Positions 1 to 9,088 of a DNA stretch of 20,000 bases are shown in pieces; the stretch's first letter is position 1; every line of letters starts with the position of its first letter. This stretch comes from Thelocarpon superellum (taxonomy: Eukaryota), in contig JAPEUG010000055.1 in NCBI GenBank assembly GCA_026025795.1, positions 44,764 to 64,763 on the forward strand. Reading direction: 5' to 3'. The position numbers and the translations under genes were made by a program. A model generated the notes under the pieces. That model did not search any database. It had not been told where the DNA came from and saw nothing but the letters and a program-made list of their open reading frames with translations.

Positions 1-571
1 TACTGGTACCTCTCGTACTCTGTCTGGTGGGACCACGTCGGATCTTCAGACACAAGACACGCTTGCGGCTGTCGACTTGGTCGTTACCTTGCCTTACGTA
101 CGACGCAAGTACGAGAACGGCCCGTGTTCCGTGCTCAATGCTCCTTTGATCGTCGTCGGCGCCAGTTTGCCTCATCGTACCGATAGTTCGACTCGACAGC
201 GAGCTTGCAACGACGAGCCCTACGCCATGCTTTGATCGTTCCATGATAGACATGAGACGCCTGGATGGCGAGGCCCCACCAGCGCCTTGGGACGTCTTTC
301 TCTTGGTGGTGGATAGCGTCGCGGAGCTCTCCGCATATCTGTCGGCCGGACCCTGCCGACGAGGGGGGGTCCCAGGAGGGGGCCCCGCCATTACTCTATA
401 TTCGTACAAACACCTCGGGGGCAGAGCCGTTAGGCAGGGCCACCCACCAAGTCCAGCTCCAGACCTCATCCCAGTACGATCCTCGGCGAGGAGGATCCGT
501 CTGCATGATAGCCACAATGCCTTTCTCCCTATTATGAACCCATTTGCCTCGGTCACTGTAGAACCAATACC

Positions 572-1012
572 ATGGCCACGGTGGATGAGATGCGGGGGCC
601 CTCTCTTCGCACGGTCAAAGAGGCGCCGGGCCCTGTCGCTCAGCCTGTCGCTCGCCTTGATCTCCAGACCCTACCACTCGAGATCCTTCACGACATCGCG
701 CAGTGGCTGGACTTGTGCTCGCTCATCGCGCTGCGGCAAACGAGCCGGTGGCTCTACTGGAACGGCGACTATGACATGATGCTCGGTCTGTATGCGGGGG
801 CCCGAGCGTCCCGGTCAGACCGACTACAATTCCTCGCTTTCCTCGAGCGCGATACGCCCCCATCGCAGCAGCGACGCTGGACCTGTTCCGCGTGCGTCCA
901 AACGCACCTGGGCCACCTTTTCGCCCCATGGGAGCTCGCCAGTCCGGCGGAAGGGCGGGTTTGTCAGTACGCCCAGTTTTTACGCGCCAGTCGCGAAGAC
1001 TATCCATTCTAA
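572..1012 (+). CDS. Short F-box domain protein (C-terminus uncertain, possibly truncated)
   Basis: The ORF contains an F-box motif, LDLQTLPLEILHDIAQWLDLCSLIALRQTSRWLY. It is followed by R..FL..LERD and a CxxC...H...C cluster (CSACVQTH...RVC), as seen in small Pezizomycotina F-box proteins. It stops about 15 aa after the last Cys. Confidence 0.6.
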   Translation: MATVDEMRGPSLRTVKEAPGPVAQPVARLDLQTLPLEILHDIAQWLDLCSLIALRQTSRWLYWNGDYDMMLGLYAGARASRSDRLQFLAFLERDTPPSQQRRWTCSACVQTHLGHLFAPWELASPAEGRVCQYAQFLRASREDYPF

Positions 1013-1728
1013 GCCCGGGGACTCCGTAACCCCCACTCCCTGGGACCGATCGCGGCGTCCCACTCACCTTGATGCGGTATGTCGATTTACTCTACCGATC
1101 GGCACGGACGTCTTTCTTCTCGCGCAGATGGACGATTACGAAGTGGACGCTCTTGGAATTTGTGGCTTCGCCGACACCCGAACATCCATCATTTTGTCAC
1201 ATTTCTGGAGCTAATGGGGGGGCGAATATAATGGATGAAGATGTTGGTAATTCCAAACATTAGTACAAACTGATCTCGTTATGTGGTCCTTCTTTTTGTG
1301 CCAATCACTCCAATCTCCATCGCTGGAACTCGAGTTCCTGAGTACGAAGGTTGTGTTATATCTCAAGGCTTTATCATCATCTGATAATTTAACAATTTAA
1401 AATATTTTTTCGGTCAGGAAACGTTACCCCAATTGCAAGCCTCCAAGTGCGGCAACTGTCACTACTTCTCACGCAGAGGCCTTGCTTCGCATGGGGGTGA
1501 TGAGGGACACGGGAGACTCTTGATCAATGACCTGATGTTGTGGTAATTCGGGTGTGGAGTTAACGGACGACGACGGACGACTGACGCGGGGAGCGCGTCT
1601 CGCTCGCCTGCGAAAGGTTCACATCATAGCGAACACACAGATCCACTCGCTCTTCCGCAACGCGATGGGAGCATGCCACCGACGTTGGAGACCCACGTGG
1701 ACGGCGTCGGCATGAAGCCACTCTGCCC

Positions 1729-3097
1729 ATGGACCTCAAACCCATTCCCGCCTTCTACTGTTGCTATCTCTTGAGGTCGACCGTGCGACATGCGAGCCTT
1801 TACGTGGGCTCGACCCCACACCCGCTGCGACGGCTAGCCCAACACAACGGCCTCATCAAAGGTGGGGCCATCAAGACGTCGCGATCGACTCTGCGGCCGT
1901 GGGAGATGACGTGTCTTGTGACGGGATTTCCGTCTCACGTCGCCGCTCTGCAATTCGAGTACGTGGACACCGCGATGCGCGAGACACGCGAAGCTCTCCG
2001 ATGGAGAGATAGAACATGTCTTGGAATCGTCCATCACCGCTGACACCGCGCATGGTAGGTGGGCATGGCAGCATACACATCTTACCCGACATATTCCCGT
2101 CGCCCAGCGTCTCACCGAGGCACGCACACTGGTCCGCGTTTCACCCAAGACGGGCCGCACGCGTCGCCGGCCGACCCGTCCGCGCATGTCGCTGACGGAC
2201 CAACTATCGAATCTTAATCTACTCTTGACCGCTGATACCTTTGTGCGGTGGCCCCTTGAGCTTCGCTTCTTTTGCGAGGACGTCTTCGCCGTCTGGCAAC
2301 GGTGGACGGAGCGAGTCGATGAGGCTGCTCGGACCACCGTCCCGGTCGTCTTGGACCTTCTCAGACCTCGGGAGCGAGGTGAGGGTGGCGACCCGGACGG
2401 AGGTTCGAGCTCCCCTCTCGCCCCGTCAAAGAAGCAGACGCGTGGGTTGGTGGGTCAAGGCGGCATTCACGGCCTCGACGTCGGGTACCGTGGGCTTACG
2501 GCTCATGTTGAGAAGAGTAAGACGCTTCTCGAGTCGGCCACACCACCGGCATGTGCCCTATGCCACACCACGCTCCGACGCGACGAGGACTTGACGGGCG
2601 TGTGTCCTCACGACAAGTGCCACACCGTCACTCATCTGACCTGTCTCTCCCATTTGTTCCTGGCGTCGGCGTCTGAGCAGGATATGGTGGTGCCCGTACG
2701 AGGGAATTGCCCTGGATGTGGTCGAAGCACCCGATGGGCGGATGTTGTCAAAGAGTCCTCCCTTCGGCTCCGCGGCTCGTCGGAGGTGGAAAAGCTGATC
2801 AAGCCTGCGCGAGGGAAGAAATCGCGGGTGGCCAAGGAGGTCGCGATGACACCTGCTGGTGAGGAGAGCAATCGGGCGATCTTGACCGTGAGCTCAGAGG
2901 TGGACATGTCCGACGAGGCGATGTCTCTTGATGACGAAGACGACGACGACGCCATGTCCATGACGAGCGCGTCCTCTGTCGACTCTAGACCCTCACTGAG
3001 CCTGGCAGGCCCCCTCGCGTCACGATCGATGGGTCCGCAGCGGCTTGAGGCTGTGGTGGAGGATAGTGAGTGGGACGACGCCGAGGTCCTGGACTAG
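1729..3097 (+). CDS. SLX1: Structure-specific endonuclease subunit SLX1 (GIY-YIG nuclease plus C-terminal RING-like zinc finger)
   Basis: Exons 1729-1958 and 2059-3097. Intron 1959-2058 (GTACGT...GCTGAC...TAG) restores ALQFE|WAWQ. Motifs: [27 protein letters not shown], and the zinc finger CALC...CPH..C...HLTCL...CPGC. Confidence 0.95.
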
Positions 3098-3113
3098 TGG
3101 GGATGGACGGAGG

Positions 3114-3930
3114 TCATGATTGGTGAGACCGTGACCGTAACGGCTGTATCGTACCCAGCGCCTGATCTGAAGCGCTGGTGTCGATCTGCTGTAACTGGGC
3201 CAGGACAGCCTGGAGCACGTTATCCTCGACCGTGTCTCGGGACTCGCCCCCATCGATGACATGAAAGATGTCTTTCTCGTACACGGTGCGTAGCTCGTAG
3301 AAGAGCGCCCTCACACGGGCCTGCATGGCCTGATTCTCGTACCGCTCGCCGCCAAAGCCCGCTCTGGCCGCGGCCGTGTCGGCGGAGAGCTCCAGAAAGA
3401 TGCAAACGTCCGGACGGGGCAGGCCGACGTCGGGCCAGCGCGCCCACTCGAGATCGATGCCGGGAATGTCCTTGGCCGCCGAATACACACAGCCCGAGTA
3501 GCAGTAACGGTCTACGATGACGGTCGTTCCGGCGGCAATGTCTGACGTGATTCGTGCTCTATTTGTTCAGCGGAGTCGCACGTGGAGGAACGGGGAGAGG
3601 ATTTCGGGTGTCGAAGGACATACGCAGCTTCCCATCGGTTGGCGGCGAAGAGCAAATGGATGACATGATCGTCTTGCTGGGCCTGGCCCGTGAGGTATTG
3701 ATTAATGATGGTGCCGGTGGGGGTAGAGCGATCTAGCGTCAGAGGTCAACATCAGCATCATGTGGCCTCTTACGACCCTTGGAGTGGTGGGGGAAGTATC
3801 AACCTGGAAACTTGACATATCGAACATCATGGCCGCGTGCCTCCAAATTCTTGACAAGTAATCCGCATTGAGTAGACTTCCCCGCTCGATCTAGCCCTTC
3901 GACGACAATCAGAGCACCACGTTTGGCCAT
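3114..3930 (-). CDS. CDC8: Thymidylate (dTMP) kinase
   Basis: Exons 3930-3804, 3732-3624 and 3558-3114; introns 3803-3733 (GTTGAT...CTGAC...TAG) and 3623-3559 (GTATGT...TAG). Spliced protein: MAKRGALIVVEGLDRAGKSTQ (P-loop), FPDRSTPTG, HLLFAANRWE, DRYCYSGCVYSAAK, GLPRPD, GFGGERYE. Confidence 0.95.
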
Positions 3931-4266
3931 GGCGAGATGTGAGGAAGTACGGTTGGGGGAGTCCTGCGTTGGGTGTAGCACGTCGTCGCTCAATCGTGTG
4001 GCTTTCATTCTTCACTCCTCCACGGCTTTCTGTCCTTCGTCCATCCCACGCGGCACACCGGCACCAACACTTCTCAATCAATCCACCAGAGCCAATTGGA
4101 TTCCAGCAGGGACTGGCCCTTACTATACTACTCCATTTGCACAGCAGATCGATTCACATGATTCTGCGAGCTCGTTCTCACCTCTGCAAATGTCTTTCCC
4201 CAGTGTGCACCAGTAGCCTTCGTGTTCTCTCCCATCGGAGCCGTATAGCTATACTGTACGAGTAGG

Positions 4267-5963
4267 ATGGACAACGGCAGCTCTGCATCAGAGATGCCAC
4301 GTTTCCGCGTGCATCCAAGCGTCCTCGAATCTCTTTCTCCTTCGTCCTCTTCTTCTCTGGGGCCACGACTAGGCCGATTATCTTATCCAAGGCGGAACCC
4401 CATCGACACGCCCCACTACCTCGCCATCACCTCACGGGGCGCCATCCCGCATCTGTCGCAGGATACGATGAGACAGCGGACGGAAGTGAAGGGGGTGTAC
4501 GTGGCGCTGGAAGACTGTGAGTCTTTTACTGTATTTGAACTCTTCACCCTCTGGTCCTTGGGGAAAAAAAGCTTGATACCAGTCAGTCGCTGACAAAGGA
4601 CAATTTCCGGGGCGCAATACAAGTCGTTGAGAAAGCGCCACGCGAGATACCGCCCATATTCAAGATGCACAGTGCAGGGGGAGAGACTCTGGAAGGAGGC
4701 GGCGGAGGTGTAGCTCCCGAAGGCGATGAGTCGACATTGAGGCGTTTCATCTCTCTACAGGCCGACACTCTCCTCGTCCTCGCGCCGCGCCGCCTTCCCA
4801 CGCTCGCGTGTCCGGCGTCCAATACCGACCGCGCCATCTCCATCGTCACCTCCGTCGGCTTCCGCCAGCTGCCGATGCAGGAATACATTGACGCGGCGCG
4901 CACGCTGGCGCCCGATATCGTCGTCGGCATGGGCGATGTTGTGTATTATCCGCGTGGCGGCGGCGGCGGCGGCGGCGGCGGCTTACCTGAGTCGACGACG
5001 ACGACGACGACGACAAAGACGCCGTCGCTGAAACGCATTTCGAAGATGGAGGATCGCACCCTGGTCTGGACACGGGAACTGGTGGAGGAGCTGTCCCATG
5101 GCAGCAGGAACGCAGGACAAAGCAGCACACCGGCACTCTTCGTGCCCATCTTACCCATCGCGCACCCTCACCAGCAGATCTATCTCGACCATCTAGTCGA
5201 GTCGTTGCACCTCCCGCAAGACACCACTACCGGCATCATCTCAGGCTTGGCGCTCTACGACGCAGCGTCCACCCTCGACCTGCCTCCCCCGCTACGCTCC
5301 CTTCCCCGTCTATGCCTCGCGGAGCCGGTGGACCCTCATGTCCTGCTGCGCGATGTAGCACTCGGCGTTGACCTGGTCACTGTTCCGTTCATTGGCGCCG
5401 CGACGGACGGGGGGATCGCGCTTGATTTCCGCTTTGGGTCTCCTTCTCCGTCTCCTCCGTCTCCTCCGTCTCCGCCGTCTCCTCTGGGCGTCGACATGTG
5501 GGACAGCGCGCACAGCACATCCCTCACCCCGCTCTCTACCGGGTGCACATGCCACACATGCCGCACGCACCATCGCGCCTACCTCCAGCACTTGCTCGTC
5601 GCAAAGGAGATGCTCGGGTGGGTGCTGCTCCAGATCCACAACTTGCATGTCATGGACGCCTTCTTTGCTGCGGTGCGTGCCAGTCTCGCTGCCGGCGGGT
5701 CGGAGCGCTTTGAGGAGGATAGGAGAGCTTTCGCCCGCGCGTACGAGCCGGATCTGCCGCCTAAATCGGGTCTTGGTCCTCGGTGAGTGGACAATCATCA
5801 GGGGTCGCTGAAGTGTCGCCGCGTGGTTGCTGACGCTGCGGCAAGGGTCCGTGGATACCAGTTCAAGGCAAATGGACCCGGTGAGCCAAAGAGGAACGAG
5901 CCGGCGTATCGCACGTTGGATGATTCTGGTCCTCTCGCGGTGCCTTTCCCGGACATTGCATAA
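4267..5963 (+). CDS. QTRT2: Queuine tRNA-ribosyltransferase accessory subunit 2 (non-catalytic eukaryotic TGT subunit)
   Basis: Exons 4267-4516, 4624-5782 and 5846-5963; introns 4517-4623 and 5783-5845 (both GTGAGT...GCTGAC...AAG). Motifs: RLGRL...IDTPHYLAITSRGAIPHLSQD, ALEDF|VEK, Zn site CTCHTCRTHHRAYLQHLL..KEMLGWVLLQIHN, and C-terminal GPR|VRGYQFK. Confidence 0.9.
4956..5014 (+). repeat. Adjacent coding trinucleotide microsatellites (GGC)n and (ACG)n
   Basis: A GGC run encodes poly-Gly and an ACG run encodes poly-Thr inside QTRT2 exon 2 (RGGGGGGGGGGLPESTTTTTTTK). Confidence 0.9.
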
Positions 5964-6066
5964 GATACCCTCGGGCGCAGAATCGCTTCTGCTTTGGTCT
6001 ATACGCTGTCTACCTCAGTCCAGCCATGTGCGCCCCGTGTCAAGATTGCCCATGCCACGCCTCCCG

Positions 6067-8309
6067 TTAGTCGCCTCCCAGCAACTCCCATAGACTCCCC
6101 TCTTGCACATAGGCATGATGAATCACATTCACGAGCCAGTAACCCTCCTTCACGTGCTTCAACAGCGCCGCCGTCGGCGACCGTGGTGGGTAGACACGCC
6201 GCCATTCGTCCCAGATGCTAAAAGCTTCTTCCTGCCACGCGCGAAAGGACACGGCTTCGATGATGGTGGGCGTGATGATCCTGCGGCATGTCAGCACCAG
6301 GGTTGCCGCATGGATGTGACCTGGCACACGGACTCCTTGCCGGGAAATGCGCCCCACGTGACCGCGTTGACCGCGTCGACGTCCGACGACGCACTCTCCC
6401 CTGATGCGTTGCCGGCGTAGTACGACACCTCTTCGAGCGTGTCAAGTCGAGCGTGAAGGGCTGTCCATTCAGACGTGGGGAGAAAGAACTCCACAAAGGC
6501 CTTGGAGGACGACGTGAGCACCGCCATCTGGTATGGTAAGGAGACGCCCCACGGACCTTCTGAAAGACAAACCCCCCCTTGGGTCCCCACCCAAACAGAC
6601 CGTGGTCACTTCGGACCCCGTTGACCGCCGGCTGGCTGGCCACGGTCCACCAGCCGCGTCGGTTCAGCTTGACCAGCTCGGATCGAATGGCGGCACTCTC
6701 CTCATTCAAGCCCTCCTCGCTCCATGGAAGGGCGTCGACCTCACCCAAGACATGTCGCACGAAGATGTCGGAGATGTCGGCGGTGCTCGTCGGCGAGCCC
6801 CAGAGTCGCACCGCTTGGGATACGGACACATGCAGCGAGACGCCATATCCGTCAATCTCGCCGTACGCTGCCACATATCGTCAGCCTCACTTTCCTTCCC
6901 ACGACCGCTTCCTGCGTCATCACATCACTCACCCGGTGACCGGGCGTCGCCCCAGCGGCCGTTGGGATAGTCGTCCCACGTCGCTTCCCTCCCCAGCGAC
7001 CCCTCCCCCTCGGAAATGGCCAGGGTGTTCGCCCGGGTGTTGATCTTGTCTTTGGGGACGCCGGCCTCGTCCGCCGAGGCTTCAAAGTGCGAATTGCTCG
7101 ACGCATCGTCCACCACGACCCGGTTGTAGGGGTCCGACACGACCGACGACGTTCGGCGAGGATGCTGGCGAGGGGCGCCGATGGCCCCGCTGGCCCCGTT
7201 GCCGCCATTGGTCAGATGCTTGGTGCTGGTCTCCTCGACCGCCACCTCATCCGGCGTATCCGGCGTCGAGGGCGCGATCAGGTGGCATCGTTCCAACACA
7301 AACGCCACGGCCTTTTCCAGGTTCAAGGTGTAGAAATGAAAGCCTCGGGGCGTGGGCGACGGGCGGTCCTTGATCGCCTCGACGATGTCGCTGACAATCT
7401 CCACCCCGGCTCGCTTGACCGCCTCGTCATCCCCCTTGACGGCGTCGAGTCGCGCCAACATGGGGGCTGGAATCTTGGCGTGGCTGAGCTTCGTCGTGCG
7501 TCGCAGGAGCTGGTAGCTCTGGATCGGCATCAAGCCGGGGATGATGACCATCTCTGCGAAGACGCCGGATGGATCGTGTCGTAGCATGCTCTCAAACGCC
7601 TGATATGCCCGCACGTCGTAGAATAGCTGGGTCATGATGAAGTCCGCGCCGGCCCGAGTCTTGTCGATCAGGGAAGGGAGGTCGTGTTGGGCACTTTGGC
7701 TCGCGGGGTAGGATTCGTCGGCGTGTCCTTCCGGGTAGGCGGCGACGCCGATGCAAAAGTATTGGCCGTGACGACGACGGATGTAGCGGACGAGATCGAT
7801 GGCCCAGGTGAACTCGCCCTCGCCCTCGCCCTCGCCCTCGCCCTCGCCCTCGTCCTGGCCGTCGACCTCTCCCGGGTGCGGTGCGTGGCGATACTCCTCC
7901 TGCCGGGGCGGATCGCCTCGCAGGGCCAGGATGTTGCGGATGCCGAGGGCCTTGGCCTGGTCGAGCGCCTGGTCGACGAGCGAGCGGTTCATGTTGGTGC
8001 AGGTCAGATGCAGGCAGGTGGTGAGGCCCAGCTGTCGCTGGCAGATCTCGGCGAGCTCGAGCGACTTGCCGGCCGTGCTGCCGCCGGCGCCCCAGGTGAC
8101 ATTGACGAAGAGCGGTCGTAGGCCACGAGCCATTCGCTCGAGTCGGGCCTGGAGGTTGGCGGAGCCCTGTCCCCTGTCAGCACGGGGTGCCGTCACCGTT
8201 GGGGCCGGGTCCTCCTCCCTACCATGGCCGTCTTGGGCGGGAAGAACTCCAACGAGAAGAAGTGGCCGTTGGCCGGCAAGGCGGCGATCTTGTCCGTGAT
8301 CTTCTCCAT
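6067..8309 (-). CDS. MET12: Methylenetetrahydrofolate reductase, Met12-type paralog
   Basis: Exons 8309-8223, 8166-6933, 6867-6557, 6500-6334 and 6280-6067; introns 8222-8167, 6932-6868, 6556-6501 and 6333-6281. Motifs: FSLEFFPPKT, VTWGAGGST, HLTCTN, ILALRGDPP, VAAYPEGH, FIMTQLFYD, HFYTLNLEK; regulatory domain TWDDYPNGRWGDARSPAYGE, SQPAVNG, FQKAFVEFF, NAVTWG.FPGKEI. SLEFFPPKT and TWGAGG match Met12 rather than Met13 (SFEYFVPKT, TWNAGG). Confidence 0.93.
7814..7851 (-). repeat. Hexanucleotide repeat (TCGCCC)n encoding a Gly-Glu repeat in MTHFR
   Basis: The + strand reads tcgccc about 6 times; the minus strand translates as DEGEGEGEGEGEF in a loop of the catalytic domain. Confidence 0.9.
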
Positions 8310-8456
8310 TGCCGCATCTCTCGCCTCTCCCGCGTCTCCCTCGAGAGCCTCGCTCGGGTGTCGCCGGGCTCGGACCAGGCCTCGGGGCCGCGGGGTGCAC
8401 CTGTGTGGCGTATGTGAGGGGTCAGCACACGGCCGACCGGTCAAACAAACGTCACG

Positions 8457-8488
8457 GCGACGAAGCGACGGAGCGACGAAGCGACGAA
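8457..8488. repeat. Tandem 8-mer (GCGACGRA)x4
   Basis: gcgacgaa gcgacgga gcgacgaa gcgacgaa, upstream of the MET12 ATG. Confidence 0.85.
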
Positions 8489-8541
8489 ACTCGCAAGGTC
8501 CCACCGCAAGCCGCGCTAGTACCCTTCGGTACCAGCCAGGT

Positions 8542-8659
8542 CGCTCAATTTGGAACCCCGCAGCCGCTAAGCCCCCTGTAGCCGCTAGAGCCCCCCGTAG
8601 TCAACAAAGCCCCCCGTAGTCCCACTGTCAACCTCAACGGTCGGGGTCCAAATTGAGCG
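8542..8659. repeat. Inverted repeat pair enclosing three 19-bp-period direct repeats
   Basis: CGCTCAATTTGGAACCCCG (8542-8560) and CGGGGTCCAAATTGAGCG (8642-8659) are reverse complements apart from one indel. AGCCCCCYGTAG occurs at 8570, 8589 and 8608. Confidence 0.85.
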
Positions 8660-8666
8660 CCTTTAG

Positions 8667-8674
8667 TATAAAAA
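8667..8674 (+). promoter_or_regulatory. Putative TATA box for a + strand non-coding transcript
   Basis: TATAAAAA in an otherwise GC-rich interval, about 140 nt upstream of the first C/D-like element. No credible + strand protein gene follows. Confidence 0.5.
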
Positions 8675-8806
8675 GCTTGCGTCCCCGACATCCCGTCCAT
8701 CAGTATTTTGTGTGTTTTTTCATCATAAGCTGAAGCTTACAGAGATCCTTCACATTTCATCATTTGGACGGGGGAAAAGTTCTCTCTCGTCCTCGCAGGG
8801 GGTTCA

Positions 8807-8891
8807 GACTGAGGATGAGACTCACCACGGCGACACTTCCTCTTCGCCTCTGGGTGGGGATGCGAAAGCGCCGCGGGATGTCACTGAAGTC
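8807..8891 (+). ncRNA. Putative box C/D (K-turn) small RNA, copy 1
   Basis: Terminal stem GACT (8807-8810)/AGTC (8888-8891). C-like box AGGATGA at 8812-8818 and D box CTGA at 8884-8887, with canonical spacing. Internal stems GAC/GTC, CGGCG/CGCCG and the hairpin TCTTCGCC-tctg-GGTGGGGA. Confidence 0.65.
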
Positions 8892-9005
8892 GAAGGCCCA
8901 CCGTCGCACTGTCCCGAATGTTATGGTGTCCGGTGCTGTTATCAGGTTGCATGTGGGTTGGTTTCCAGCAGAAGCCGACGCTTGCAGAAAGTCGTGGCTG
9001 TGTCA

Positions 9006-9088
9006 GACTGAGGATGAGACTCACCACCGCCACGTTCCTCTCCGCCTTCGGGCGGGGCTGCAAAGTGCGGCGGGATGTCACTGAAGTC
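9006..9088 (+). ncRNA. Putative box C/D (K-turn) small RNA, copy 2
   Basis: Stem GACT (9006-9009)/AGTC (9085-9088), AGGATGA at 9011-9017, CTGA at 9081-9084. Apical hairpin CTCCGCC-TTCG-GGCGGGG has a C(UUCG)G tetraloop. Outer flanking stem GTCGTGG (8991-8997)/CCACGAC (9095-9101). Confidence 0.65.

Noticed and set aside
243..779. 178-aa and 90-aa ORFs upstream of the F-box gene
   Set aside because: No recognisable motifs, and they overlap the better-supported F-box frame.
1381..1412. AT-rich patch
   Set aside because: It is short and has no repeat or transposon signature; consistent with an ordinary terminator or nucleosome-depleted region between the F-box gene and SLX1.
8738..8820. U6 snRNA resemblance (TACAGAGA ... 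AGGATGA)
   Set aside because: There is no AGC triad or internal stem-loop after ACAGAGA, the spacing is wrong, and there is no Pol III-type T-run terminator.
8807..9088. Hammerhead or HDV ribozyme, TPP riboswitch, U3 or CRISPR interpretation of the repeat
   Set aside because: CTGAGGA...GAAA occurs only in copy 1 (copy 2 has CAAA) and lacks the three-stem junction. There is no HDV nested pseudoknot, TPP core or U3 box A/B/C. There are only two units, no cas genes, and the context is eukaryotic.
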